This document shows positions 27,405 to 36,975 of a DNA stretch of 64,000 nucleotides, piece by piece (positions within the stretch are counted from its first letter, which is position 1; the number at the start of each line of letters is the position of its first letter). The notes under the pieces are model-generated. The model saw only the letters and a program-made list of their open reading frames with translations, was not told the origin of the DNA and did no database searches. Location of the stretch: assembly GCA_944388075.1 (NCBI GenBank), contig CALXHI010000008.1:33334-97333 (forward strand). The letters are read 5' to 3'. This stretch comes from an uncultured Clostridia bacterium (lineage in GTDB: Bacteria > Bacillota > Clostridia > Oscillospirales > Ruminococcaceae). Made by a program: the position numbers and the translations under genes.

Positions 27405-28628
27405 ATGCAGGAACAGGAACAGCAATCCGCTGCGGTTGCCGCAGCAAAATCCGAATATGCCCATAAATCCAAAATCGGCGGTCAGGCTCTGATGGAAGGG
27501 ATCATGATGAAGGGCGCATTCAAAGGCGCTATGGCGTGCCGCCTGCCCAATGGCAACATCGACCTCGAAGTATGGGATATCCCCGTCACCTTCAAAACAG
27601 ACCCCAAAACCGGGGAACAGAAACCCGTGCGACCGTGGTATGTGCGTACGCCATTTGTGCGTGGCTGCGTCAATTTTGTCACATCTTTGATTGATGGCTA
27701 TCGCTGCTTGATGAAATCTGCAGAAAAACAGATGGACGAAGACCTCGATGCTTTCTGCTTGTGGAAGAAAAAAGAGCATATCGATCGTCTGCCCGAGCCG
27801 GAAGCCAAGGAACGCTTTGCCGCTTGGTACACCGACTACGCCGCCAAACAAGCGGAGAAAAAAGAATCCAAAGACGATGCCGCAAAAGCGCCGCCAACAC
27901 CCGAACAACTCGAACAGAATTGGGACTATTTCCGTAAGGCTTCCGAACATTATGAGGTGGAAGAACCGACCAAGTTTGAAGCATGGCTCGAGGAAAAGCT
28001 CGGTGACAAGGTCTTTGAGATTCTGATGGTCATCGTCATGATTATCAGTCTGGTGTTCTGTGTCGGATTGTTCTTTTACCTGCCCAAGCTCGTAGTTTCC
28101 TGGATTCAGCCGCTGACCGAAAGCCGTGTGATTCGCTCCTGTGCCGAAGGCATTGTCAAAATCGCATTGTTTGTCGGCTACATGGCTCTGACCGGCTTGA
28201 TGAAATCCATTCGCCGCACCTATGAATATCACGGTGCGGAACACAAAACCATCGCCTGTCTGGAAGCTGCACTACCGCTGACGTTCGAAAATGTGCGGAA
28301 ACAGCGCCGCTTTCACCCCCGCTGCGGTACCAGCTTCATCTTCTTGGTGCTGTTCATCGGTATTCTGGCAGGATGCCTGATTCCATATACCGTTGTCTGG
28401 CAGCGATTTGCCTGCTCGATGCTGATGCTGCCGCTCGTGATGGGTGTCAGCTATGAACTGATCCGTCTGGCAGGACGAGCCGACAATGTCTTTACCCGCA
28501 TTCTCTCTGCCCCCGGACTTTGGCTGCAACGCATTACCACCAAAGAACCCGATGATGCCCAAATCGAATGCGCCATTGCCGCCATCACGCCCTGTATTCC
28601 CGAAAACATCGAGGATGACCAATGGTAA
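27405..28628 (+). CDS. DUF1385-family membrane protein with a K/E-rich insertion
   Basis: GGQALMEGIMMKG N-terminus and C-terminal YHGAEHK / RCGTSF motifs typical of DUF1385. Start set at the ATG after GAAAGGA; the longer ORF-track start overlaps the kinase gene. Confidence 0.7.
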   Translation: MQEQEQQSAAVAAAKSEYAHKSKIGGQALMEGIMMKGAFKGAMACRLPNGNIDLEVWDIPVTFKTDPKTGEQKPVRPWYVRTPFVRGCVNFVTSLIDGYRCLMKSAEKQMDEDLDAFCLWKKKEHIDRLPEPEAKERFAAWYTDYAAKQAEKKESKDDAAKAPPTPEQLEQNWDYFRKASEHYEVEEPTKFEAWLEEKLGDKVFEILMVIVMIISLVFCVGLFFYLPKLVVSWIQPLTESRVIRSCAEGIVKIALFVGYMALTGLMKSIRRTYEYHGAEHKTIACLEAALPLTFENVRKQRRFHPRCGTSFIFLVLFIGILAGCLIPYTVVWQRFACSMLMLPLVMGVSYELIRLAGRADNVFTRILSAPGLWLQRITTKEPDDAQIECAIAAITPCIPENIEDDQW

Positions 28629-29401
28629 TCCGTGAACTCGTGCAAATGCTGCAAGATGCCGGCATTGAGAATGCCGAACAGGAAGTCCGCTGGATTCTGG
28701 AGGATATTCCCGATACAGCAGCCGCAAGAGAAATCGTGCGCCGCCGTGCCAACCATGAGCCGCTGCAATATCTGCTCGGCGCATGGGAATTCTATGGGCT
28801 GCGCATCAAGGTCGGCAAGGGTGTTCTCATTCCGAGAGCGGATACCGAAGCGCTCGTCGATGTCATGCTTGCCGATTGCCAAAGACGGTATCAGCCCCAT
28901 ATCGTCGATCTCTGCACCGGCAGCGGCTGTATTGCACTCGCATTGCAATCCCAATTGCCCGATGCCCATATCATCGGCATCGAGAAAGACCCCGATACCT
29001 GCGAATGCTATGCCAAAGCCAATGCCGCCTACCATCGTCTGAATGTAGAAATGCGTTGCGGTGATGTATTAGACCCGAACACCGCTGCGGCATTCCATGA
29101 CCTGGACGGCATCGTCTGCAATCCGCCCTATCTCACCGAATCGGATATGCAAGCCTTACAGCTTGAGGTGCAGCATGAGCCGAAATTGGCTCTCTACGGC
29201 GGACAGGACGGTTTGCATTTCTATCGGCTGATTCCGCTGCTTTGGAAACCGGCACTGAAATCCGGCGGCATTCTTGCTTTTGAGGTTGGCATTCATCAGG
29301 CAGATGCCGTCCGTCAAATTCTCGAACAAACCGGATATCACGATATCCGTATCATACCGGATCTGTGCGGGATTCCCCGTGTGGTATCCGGCATCGTTTG
29401 A
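28622..29401 (+). CDS. prmC: release factor glutamine N5-methyltransferase
   Basis: SAM motif DLCTGSGCIAL and NPPY motif (VCNPPYL). The position after DUF1385 is a common Firmicutes arrangement. Confidence 0.85.
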   Translation: MVIRELVQMLQDAGIENAEQEVRWILEDIPDTAAAREIVRRRANHEPLQYLLGAWEFYGLRIKVGKGVLIPRADTEALVDVMLADCQRRYQPHIVDLCTGSGCIALALQSQLPDAHIIGIEKDPDTCECYAKANAAYHRLNVEMRCGDVLDPNTAAAFHDLDGIVCNPPYLTESDMQALQLEVQHEPKLALYGGQDGLHFYRLIPLLWKPALKSGGILAFEVGIHQADAVRQILEQTGYHDIRIIPDLCGIPRVVSGIV

Positions 29402-29428
29402 AATGTGATACAGAAAGGAATTATCCCT

Positions 29429-30604
29429 ATGGCAAAAGCAGAACTCAAAAAGAAAAATCTCTCCGTTGTTATTCCCGCAACGCAGGATGAACGCAAAAAG
29501 GCACTCGAAAATGCTATCGCACAAATCGAAAAGCAATATGGTGTCGGCGCTGTCATGCGTCTAGGACAGAGTACCGCCATGAATGTACAAGCCATTTCCA
29601 CAGGCTCATTGTCATTGGATATGGCACTGGGCATCGGCGGCGTACCCCGTGGCAGAATCGTTGAAATTTACGGTCCGGAAAGCTCCGGTAAGACAACCGT
29701 TGCGCTGCATATCATTGCAGAGGCACAGAAGCTCGGCGGTGAGGCAGCCTTTATTGATGTGGAACATGCCCTCGATCCGGTCTATGCCGAGGCACTCGGT
29801 GTCAACATCGACAATCTCCTCGTTGCACAGCCTGACAGCGGCGAACAGGCACTCGAAATTGCGGAAGCCCTCGTCCGTTCCGGCGGTCTGGATGTCATTG
29901 TGCTGGACTCCGTTGCCGCCATGACCACCCGTGCCGAAATTGAAGGTGATATGGGCGACTCCCATGTCGGTATGCTCGCCCGTTTGATGTCGCAGGCCAT
30001 GCGCAAGCTGACCTCGGTCATTGCCAAGTCCAACTGCGTTGCCATTTTCATCAACCAGGTGCGTGAGAAAATCGGTGTGATGTACGGCAACCCCGAAACC
30101 ACCACCGGCGGTCGTGCGCTGAAATTCTATGCCTCCGTGCGAATGGAAGTACGCAAGGGCGAAGCCATCAAAAATGGCGCAGAGGTTATCGGCAACCGCA
30201 CCAAGGTTAAAATCGTCAAGAACAAGGTCGCACCGCCGTTCCGGGAATGCGAATTCGATATGATGTACGGCAAGGGCATTTCCCGTACCGGCGAAATCCT
30301 CGATCTCGCCGTGGAGTTGGATATCATCCACAAGAGCGGCTCTTGGTTCAGCTGCGGCGACCGTAAGCTCGGACAGGGTCGAGATGCTGTTAAGGAACTG
30401 CTCGACCGTGAGGTGGAACTGCGAGAGTCTGTCGCAAAGCAGGTGATCGAGAAGCGCAATGAAATCGTGCTTGCCTCGAAAAAGAGCAAACGGGCTGCTT
30501 TGCTCGATGCGGTCAAACAGGATGCTGCCGCAGCCGCTGCGACCGGCGTTCTCGACCTTGATGACGAAAATTTTGACGAATTTACACCCGAGGACGATGA
30601 CTGA
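29429..30604 (+). CDS. recA: recombinase RecA
   Basis: Walker [11 protein letters not shown]1/L2 regions, acidic C-terminal tail. The ATG at 29429 follows GAAAGGA. Confidence 0.95.
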   Translation: MAKAELKKKNLSVVIPATQDERKKALENAIAQIEKQYGVGAVMRLGQSTAMNVQAISTGSLSLDMALGIGGVPRGRIVEIYGPESSGKTTVALHIIAEAQKLGGEAAFIDVEHALDPVYAEALGVNIDNLLVAQPDSGEQALEIAEALVRSGGLDVIVLDSVAAMTTRAEIEGDMGDSHVGMLARLMSQAMRKLTSVIAKSNCVAIFINQVREKIGVMYGNPETTTGGRALKFYASVRMEVRKGEAIKNGAEVIGNRTKVKIVKNKVAPPFRECEFDMMYGKGISRTGEILDLAVELDIIHKSGSWFSCGDRKLGQGRDAVKELLDREVELRESVAKQVIEKRNEIVLASKKSKRAALLDAVKQDAAAAAATGVLDLDDENFDEFTPEDDD

Positions 30605-30609
30605 TTGCA

Positions 30610-31278
30610 ATGAAAATCGTATCCATCACCCATTCCAAGGGAAAACTCTATGCAATACAGCTCGATGACGACCGCAAACTCCGGCTGCATGCGGATTTGC
30701 TGGTATCCGAGCATCTTTCGGTTGGCATGGAATTGGACGAAGCACGCATTGCCGCCCTCAAAACAGAAGCCGCTCGGCATCGCACCTATGAATATGCGCT
30801 CTATCTGCTCGAACGGCGCAGCTATTCCTATCGGGAACTGTATGACAAACTCATGCAGGCGAAGCATGGCGAGGAAGATATCGTGCTGGAAACGTTGACA
30901 AAGCTGCTGCGGATCGGGCTGCTCAACGATGCCCGTTACGCCGAATCGCTGGCTCGTTCCTATATCGAGGGCAAGCATTACGGGCTGCGACGGGCTGCGT
31001 TGGAACTGCGGCGCAGAGGCATTTCTCAAAACGAGATTGAAGATGCCCTTGCGCCCTATCAAGAGTCCGACACCATTGCCGAACAGCTTGCCATGCTGAT
31101 CGAGCGAAAATATGCCGCAAAACTCTGTGACCCGGACGACCGCAAAGCCCGTGAACGGGTGATTGCGGCTCTGATGCGCCGTGGCTTTGATTACAGCGAT
31201 ATCCGCAATGCCATCGAGGACTATTTTGCCCGTGCGGAAGCAAACGCAACCAATCATCAGGAGGAAGAATCATTATGA
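30610..31278 (+). CDS. recX: RecA regulator RecX
   Basis: Three-helix-repeat composition typical of RecX (YALYLLERRSYSYRELYDKL, ARSYIEGKHYGLRR), located immediately after recA. Confidence 0.8.
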   Translation: MKIVSITHSKGKLYAIQLDDDRKLRLHADLLVSEHLSVGMELDEARIAALKTEAARHRTYEYALYLLERRSYSYRELYDKLMQAKHGEEDIVLETLTKLLRIGLLNDARYAESLARSYIEGKHYGLRRAALELRRRGISQNEIEDALAPYQESDTIAEQLAMLIERKYAAKLCDPDDRKARERVIAALMRRGFDYSDIRNAIEDYFARAEANATNHQEEESL

Positions 31279-32603
31279 CCGTGAGTGTGGTATCTTTGGG
31301 CTGTCCCAAAAATTTGGTCGATACCGAGCGTATGCTGCATTTGCTGCGGCAAGCCGGCTATGCACTGACTGTCGAACCCGGTGATGCCGATATCGTCATT
31401 GTCAACACCTGCGGTTTCATTCAGTCTGCCAAAGAGGAAGCCATCGAAACCATTTTGGAACTCGTACAGCTGAAAGCCGAGGGCGTGCTGAAAGCGATTG
31501 TCGTGACCGGCTGCTTGGCAGAACGCTATCAGACGGAAGCGGCAGAGCTGTTTCCGGAGGTCGATGCAGTGATCGGCATTGGCGATGAAACACAAATTAT
31601 CGCTGTACTCGACCGCATTGCAGCAGGCGAACGGGTCGTGCAATTTGCGCCAAAATGCCAAATGCCGCTGACTGGTGACCGCATTCTCTCAACGCTGCCG
31701 TTCTTCGCCTATCTGAAGATTGCAGAGGGCTGCTCCAACGGCTGCACCTACTGTGCCATTCCGCAAATTCGAGGCAAGTATCGCTCTGTGCCGATGGAGG
31801 ACGTGCTGAAGGAAGCCAATTGGCTTGCGGAAAACGGTGTTACCGAATTGGTCGTTGTCGCACAGGATACCACCCGTTACGGCGAGGATTTGTACGGGAA
31901 ATCGAAACTACCGGAGCTGCTCACGGCACTCTGCCGGATTGACGGATTCCATTGGATTCGGATGCTGTACTGCTATCCGGAACGCATTTCCGATGCACTG
32001 ATCGATGTCATTGCAACCGAACCCAAACTCGTCAAATATCTGGATATCCCGATTCAACATTGCAATGGCGATGTGCTGGCAGCTATGCGTCGGGAGGGTG
32101 ATGCGACTGCCCTGCGCACGCTCTTTGCCAAGCTGCGGGCACGCATTCCCGGCATCACCCTGCGCACCACGCTGATGACCGGTTTCCCGACCGAAACCGA
32201 GGAAGCTTTCAACGAACTCTCTGCCTTTGTGGAGGAGATGCAATTTGACCGCATGGGCTGCTTTGCCTATTCGGAGGAGGAGAATACCCCTGCTGCCAAG
32301 ATGCCCAATCAGATTGACGAGGAGATTCGGCTGCATCGTGCGGATTTGCTGATGGAACAGCAAAACGAGATCACCCTGCGGCTCAACGAAGCCAAAATCG
32401 GTACAGCCACCGAAGCTGTCATCGAGGGCTATGACAAATGGGCGGAATGCTGGTTTGGACGCACGCTTGCCGATGCGCCGGATATCGATGGCAAACTGTT
32501 CCTGCCCGGCACGCCGGCGGATGGCTACCAAATCGGACAGTTTGTCAATGTTTCGATTCTTGATACCATGGACTATGATTTGATTGGCGAGGTGATTGCA
32601 TGA
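31275..32603 (+). CDS. rimO: ribosomal protein S12 methylthiotransferase RimO
   Basis: MTTase N-domain (VSLGCPKN), radical-SAM CSNGCTYC, C-terminal TRAM domain. Confidence 0.9.
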   Translation: MTVSVVSLGCPKNLVDTERMLHLLRQAGYALTVEPGDADIVIVNTCGFIQSAKEEAIETILELVQLKAEGVLKAIVVTGCLAERYQTEAAELFPEVDAVIGIGDETQIIAVLDRIAAGERVVQFAPKCQMPLTGDRILSTLPFFAYLKIAEGCSNGCTYCAIPQIRGKYRSVPMEDVLKEANWLAENGVTELVVVAQDTTRYGEDLYGKSKLPELLTALCRIDGFHWIRMLYCYPERISDALIDVIATEPKLVKYLDIPIQHCNGDVLAAMRREGDATALRTLFAKLRARIPGITLRTTLMTGFPTETEEAFNELSAFVEEMQFDRMGCFAYSEEENTPAAKMPNQIDEEIRLHRADLLMEQQNEITLRLNEAKIGTATEAVIEGYDKWAECWFGRTLADAPDIDGKLFLPGTPADGYQIGQFVNVSILDTMDYDLIGEVIA

Positions 32604-33184
32604 ACACGCCCAATAAACTAACCATCGCCCGTGTGCTGATGATGCCTGTTTTTGTTGCACTGATTTATATCCAATTCCCCGGTCACCTGCTGGCGGCAAC
32701 GCTAGTCTTTGTCATCGCTTCGATTACCGATGCGATTGACGGCAAGATGGCACGCAAATACAATCTCATCACCGATTTCGGCAAATTCCTCGATCCGCTT
32801 GCCGACAAGGTTCTGGTCATTGCTGCACTCTCCTGCTTGCTGCACCATCAAAAGGTCAACATCATTGTATACCTACTGATCATCGCACGAGAATTCATGG
32901 TCGATGCGCTGCGGCTCGTGGTTGCCGGTAAAGGTACGGTCGTACCTGCCGGATTCGCCGGAAAGCTCAAGACTGCCTTCACGATGATTGCCCTAATCGC
33001 CTATATGACCTACTGGTCATTTCGAGAGGACTTCAATGCCTTTGGTCTTGCCATTCTGGATACCGCTTATTGGGCGATTGAGGTATTCTTGCAGATTCTG
33101 TTCTGGATTGCCGCCATTCTCACGGTTTACTCCGGTGTGCAGTATCTGATCGGCTATTGGAAGGACATCAACCCTAATCAGTAA
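32600..33184 (+). CDS. pgsA: CDP-diacylglycerol-glycerol-3-phosphate 3-phosphatidyltransferase
   Basis: CDP-alcohol phosphotransferase motif DAIDGKMARKYNLITDFGKFLDPLADK. Confidence 0.9.
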   Translation: MNTPNKLTIARVLMMPVFVALIYIQFPGHLLAATLVFVIASITDAIDGKMARKYNLITDFGKFLDPLADKVLVIAALSCLLHHQKVNIIVYLLIIAREFMVDALRLVVAGKGTVVPAGFAGKLKTAFTMIALIAYMTYWSFREDFNAFGLAILDTAYWAIEVFLQILFWIAAILTVYSGVQYLIGYWKDINPNQ

Positions 33185-33195
33185 AGGAGAACGCT

Positions 33196-33828
33196 ATGTT
33201 CAAGCAGCTACAAGACGAAATTGCGCTGATTCGTGACCGCGACCCTGCGGCACGCAGCGCATGGGAAATCCTACTGACTTATTCGGGACTGCATGCCGTT
33301 GCGGCGTATCGCATTTCCCATAAGCTGCTGAGAAGCGGCTTTCCGACCTGCGCACGTATCGTTTCCCAATTCGCAAAATTCCTGACCGGTATCGAAATTC
33401 ACCCCGGTGCGACCATCGGCAAGGGGCTGTTCATCGACCATGGTATGGGCGTTGTGATTGGTGAAACGACTATCATCGGCGATAACTGCACCCTCTATCA
33501 GGGCGTTACGCTCGGCGGTACCGGTAAGGACAAGGGCAAGCGTCATCCGACCCTCGGCAACAATGTCACGGTTGGTGCGGGTGCAAAGGTGCTCGGACCG
33601 TTTCGTGTTGGTGACAATGCGAAGATTGCTGCCGGTGCAGTCGTGCTGACGGAGATTCCGCCCAATGCAACGGCGGTTGGTGTACCGGCACGGGTGGTCA
33701 AGATGAACGGCGTGCGGATACCGGATCTCGACCAGATTCACATTCCCGATCCGGTCGCACAGGAGCTGAACCGTCTCGAACAACGCATTCAGGCACTGGA
33801 GGAAAATAGCAACAGAAGCGTATCATGA
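33196..33828 (+). CDS. cysE: serine O-acetyltransferase
   Basis: Left-handed beta-helix hexapeptide repeats, GIEIHPGATIG, and short-type CysE colinearity. Confidence 0.8.
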   Translation: MFKQLQDEIALIRDRDPAARSAWEILLTYSGLHAVAAYRISHKLLRSGFPTCARIVSQFAKFLTGIEIHPGATIGKGLFIDHGMGVVIGETTIIGDNCTLYQGVTLGGTGKDKGKRHPTLGNNVTVGAGAKVLGPFRVGDNAKIAAGAVVLTEIPPNATAVGVPARVVKMNGVRIPDLDQIHIPDPVAQELNRLEQRIQALEENSNRSVS

Positions 33829-33862
33829 TTTTTGTATAATTCTACAAAATTTCGATTTTTGC

Positions 33863-33891
33863 TTGACATTTCCTCGAAAATCGGGTATACT
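33863..33891 (+). promoter_or_regulatory. sigma-A type promoter of the tRNA pair
   Basis: TTGACA, 17 nt spacer, TATACT. Confidence 0.55.
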
Positions 33892-33906
33892 ATTCAAGTA
33901 GCGGCT

Positions 33907-33989
33907 GCGAGTGTGCTGGAATTGGCAGACAGGCACGTTTGAGGGGCGTGTGCTTCGGCGTACGGGTTCAAGTCCCGTCACTCGCACCA
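33907..33989 (+). tRNA. tRNA-Leu (anticodon GAG), CCA encoded
   Basis: Hand-folded cloverleaf: acceptor GCGAGTG/CACTCGC, anticodon stem CACGT/GCGTG with loop TTGAGGG, long variable arm, T-arm ACGGG TTCAAGT CCCGT. Confidence 0.85.
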
Positions 33990-34015
33990 ACTACCTTTTT
34001 ATATTTCATATGGAT

Positions 34016-34104
34016 GGAAAGATGGCTGAGCTGGTCGAAGGCGCACGACTGGAAATCGTGTAGGCGTTGATAGCGTCTCGAGGGTTCGAATCCCTCTCTT
34101 TCCG
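34016..34104 (+). tRNA. tRNA-Ser (anticodon GGA)
   Basis: Acceptor GGAAAGA/TCTTTCC, anticodon stem CACGA/TCGTG with loop CTGGAAA, long variable arm, T-arm GAGGG TTCGAAT CCCTC. Confidence 0.85.
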
Positions 34105-34108
34105 CTTC

Positions 34109-34146
34109 AAAATCCTTGGAATTGCATCATTCCAAGGATTTTTCTT
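34109..34146. terminator. intrinsic terminator (bidirectional)
   Basis: AAAATCCTTGGAAT tgcatc ATTCCAAGGATTTTT. Confidence 0.75.
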
Positions 34147-34219
34147 TGCCCTGTATAGCCATTCCCATACACATCGAAACGCCGGACAGACCCTGCCTCG
34201 AGTCTGTCCGGCGTTTGTA

Positions 34220-35038
34220 TTATGGCAAAACCGTGGTCGTGGTAGTTGTCGTGCCGGTTGTAGTCGTTGTCGTTTCTTCCGCAGTGGTGGTGGTTTCCCA
34301 TTCCGTTGTATCCAGCCGTGTTGTCGTTCCCTCTATCACTGTGGTTGTTTCACGTGTCGTGCCGGTGAAGCGGGTGGTTGATGTGAAAAGCGGGCGGGTG
34401 GTTGATGTGAAAAGCGGGCTTGTGGTGGTTGTGCTTGTACGGCTCGTGCTGACAGAGCTTGATGAGGTCACGGATGTTTTCGGTGTGCAAATGGATGTAG
34501 TATTGCTCGATATGTCGTAATCGGTCGTTATCGTTGTTGTCGTTGCAATGGTCGTCGTGCTGTCGTCCACACTTGTTGTCATACTGCCCTCCGCACTCGT
34601 TGTCATACTGCTATCCACGCTCGTTGTCATACCGCCATCCGGGGTGGACATGGTCATACCGGAATGGATATCGCTGTTCTTTTCAGTAGTGGTTGTAGTC
34701 GCTGCTGTGGTTGTAGTCGTAGTGGTCGATGTTTCGTGACGCTGTGGCTGTTCCGGCTTGAGGTGATAGAAATACCACACAGCAACTCCAAGCAAAATCA
34801 TCGCCGCACATGCCACTGCCGAGCCGTAAATCAACCGCAGACGGTTCACCCTTGCCAGCTTCGAGAGCGGTACCTGCGCCTGCATTTCATTCCGCACACG
34901 CTGCATGACATGCGCCTGAATTCTAGCTTCTGTCTCTGCATCAGTGCTGTGGGGCAAGGGCATATTCTCCAGAAGCTTTGCTGTCTGCCCCTCATCCAGT
35001 CCTTCCAGCAGCTCTTCCCAATCACGCTCTGTTGGCAT
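34220..35038 (-). CDS. putative anti-sigma factor: short cytoplasmic segment, one TM helix, ~185-aa Thr/Ser-rich ectodomain
   Basis: GGAGGTGAGG SD before the ATG at 35038, overlapping the sigma gene end by 17 nt. TM helix LIYGSAVACAAMILLGVAVWYFY. The rest is mucin-like T/S sequence. The anti-sigma role is positional inference only. Confidence 0.5.
   Translation of the reverse strand: MPTERDWEELLEGLDEGQTAKLLENMPLPHSTDAETEARIQAHVMQRVRNEMQAQVPLSKLARVNRLRLIYGSAVACAAMILLGVAVWYFYHLKPEQPQRHETSTTTTTTTAATTTTTEKNSDIHSGMTMSTPDGGMTTSVDSSMTTSAEGSMTTSVDDSTTTIATTTTITTDYDISSNTTSICTPKTSVTSSSSVSTSRTSTTTTSPLFTSTTRPLFTSTTRFTGTTRETTTVIEGTTTRLDTTEWETTTTAEETTTTTTGTTTTTTTVLP
34372..34419. repeat. perfect 24-nt tandem duplication inside the Thr-rich coding region
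   Basis: GGGTGGTTGATGTGAAAAGCGGGC x2. A further three imperfect 24-nt units lie at 34572-34643. Confidence 0.9.
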
Positions 35039-35597
35039 CGTCCTCACCTCCTTGCTGCAGCATTGCAACGACCTTTTGCTTTGCACGAGAAATCCGCATC
35101 TCAACCGTACCGACACGCATTTCCAACCGCTCCGCAATCACAGCCGCCGTTTCTCCAAAATAATACTTCCAAATCAAAATACTTGCATCCGGTTCTCCCA
35201 GCTTGTGTATCGCAGCGATCAGACGGTTGCCATCCTCTCGCCGAATGGCCGCCTGCTCGGGATCTTCCCCATGCTCCGTCTGCGATTCCAATGCGGCATC
35301 ATCGTTCGTACACTGCACTTGCCGTGTCTGCGCCCGATAATAATCCACACAAGCATGATGTACCATCGTTGACAGTAAGCTGCGCACGCTGCCACGATCC
35401 ATGGAAAACCGCTCCCTTTGCTGATAGAATGCAAAGAGGACATCCTCCGCAATTTCCTCGATATCTTCTGCCGTCGCACAGCCACCGATCCGCTTCCGCA
35501 CCAACGCCAATACAAAGCCTGTATACTGCTCCAGCAATCTGCGGCAGCCCTCCTCCGGCTCTTGCAGCAGCAGATGCAGCAGTTCCGCATCCTGCAT
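35022..35597 (-). CDS. ECF-type sigma-70 family RNA polymerase sigma factor
   Basis: Region 2 (IAEDVLFAFYQQRERF...VHHACVDYYR) and region 4 HTH (ETAAVIAERLEMRVGTVEMRISRAKQKV). Confidence 0.85.
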   Translation of the reverse strand: MQDAELLHLLLQEPEEGCRRLLEQYTGFVLALVRKRIGGCATAEDIEEIAEDVLFAFYQQRERFSMDRGSVRSLLSTMVHHACVDYYRAQTRQVQCTNDDAALESQTEHGEDPEQAAIRREDGNRLIAAIHKLGEPDASILIWKYYFGETAAVIAERLEMRVGTVEMRISRAKQKVVAMLQQGGEDDANRA

Positions 35598-35709
35598 AGT
35601 TTTCACCTCTCTGTCTTTTCACAACGGAAACTCGATATTTTCCCCTATTTTTGAGTTCGTGTTCACTTGTGGTTTCCTCACAAACACGCATGATGGACTT
35701 TCTATAAAA

Positions 35710-36975
35710 TTATCGCTGCTTTTTATATGCTTTGCCGGTATTGGGCACATACCCGCTGCGGCGAATGCCATCCTGTGCCGCATGAAACCCTGCCCAAACG
35801 CCGGAACTCCATGCCCAATCCAGATTGTAACCGCCGCAGTCACCGTCTAAATCCAAAAGTTCACCGCAGAAATACAGCCTCGGACAGACTTTCGATTCCA
35901 GCAATGGCGTGACACTTTCACCGCTGATACCGCCGGCTGTCACCTGCGCCTGTGCAAAAATCGCTCGTCCCTGCACCGGAAACTGCCAGTCTGTCAAAGT
36001 CTGTGCCAAGGCTTGCAATGCCGTATCGGTGTGCAAGCATTCCGAACTCTTGCCCTGTGCCGTACCAAATGCTGCTTTCAGCACGCATTCGCCAATGCGT
36101 TTCGGGAACAGACCCGTCAGCAAATCCGCAAGCGGTGCATCTGCCCGTACATCCCGTAGTTCTCGCAAGACGGCAAGCACCTGCTCCGGCGTCCAATCCG
36201 GCAATAGGTTAAGGGATATGGTCATGGCTTTTCCATGCTCCGCAGCCAAGCGTGACAGGTTAAAAATACAGATGCCCGACAAAGCGGTATCGGTAAACTG
36301 TACTTCGCCACGCTCCGTTTTCAGGATTCGGCTGCCCACATATGCCGATGCTGCTGCATGCACACGCAGTCCTTTCATGGCACGCACCCTTATCGGATCG
36401 GTCAAAATCGGACAGAGCGATGGCTGTGGCTTTACAATGCGGTGACCGAGTGCTTGCAGCATCGGCAGAAAATTACCGTCCGTACCGCAATGGGGAGCCG
36501 CAGAACCGCCTGCCGCCAAAATCACCGCATCTGCTGTGAATTGCGCCTGTTCACACTGCACCTGCCATAGACCTGGATACGCCGCAAGCCCCGTGACCTT
36601 GCAATCACAGCATTCCTCTACACCCAGTGCCGCCGCACGCATCCGCAGAGCATCGAGCACCGATGCCGCAGTGCCGCTCATCGGATATCGCCGCCCTTCC
36701 GCATCGGTACGGCAATACAATCCCATCAAGCGAAACCACAGCTCGGTATCCAATCTCCGCAATATAGTTTCTGCATTGGCGATACTGCCATGATAATGCT
36801 GCACCTCATATCCGCTATGTCCGAGATTGCATCGGCCATTGCCGGTCAGCAAAATCTTTTTGCCGACTCTTGGCAGCCGTTCCAGAATCGTAACGGCTGC
36901 ACCATGCTCCGCTGCCGTGACCGCCGCCGCCAGACCCGATGCACCGCCGCCAATCACAATCACCCGTTTTCTCAT
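35710..36975 (-). CDS. HI0933/BaiN-family FAD-dependent oxidoreductase
   Basis: VIVIGGGASGLAAA dinucleotide fold, GNGRCNL motif, C-terminal FCGELLDLDGDCGGYNL. Confidence 0.8.
   Translation of the reverse strand: MRKRVIVIGGGASGLAAAVTAAEHGAAVTILERLPRVGKKILLTGNGRCNLGHSGYEVQHYHGSIANAETILRRLDTELWFRLMGLYCRTDAEGRRYPMSGTAASVLDALRMRAAALGVEECCDCKVTGLAAYPGLWQVQCEQAQFTADAVILAAGGSAAPHCGTDGNFLPMLQALGHRIVKPQPSLCPILTDPIRVRAMKGLRVHAAASAYVGSRILKTERGEVQFTDTALSGICIFNLSRLAAEHGKAMTISLNLLPDWTPEQVLAVLRELRDVRADAPLADLLTGLFPKRIGECVLKAAFGTAQGKSSECLHTDTALQALAQTLTDWQFPVQGRAIFAQAQVTAGGISGESVTPLLESKVCPRLYFCGELLDLDGDCGGYNLDWAWSSGVWAGFHAAQDGIRRSGYVPNTGKAYKKQR

Noticed and set aside
34116-34520. 134-aa poly-Val ORF (VVVVVVPVVVVVV...)
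   Set aside because: It is the reverse-complement reading of the Thr-rich (ACN-codon) region of the anti-sigma-like gene, and it starts inside the tRNA terminator.
34220-34740. Possible CRISPR-like or satellite repeat array
   Set aside because: The repeats are short (24 nt), contiguous with no spacers, and in frame within a coding region that encodes Thr/Ser-rich peptide repeats. They are not a CRISPR array.
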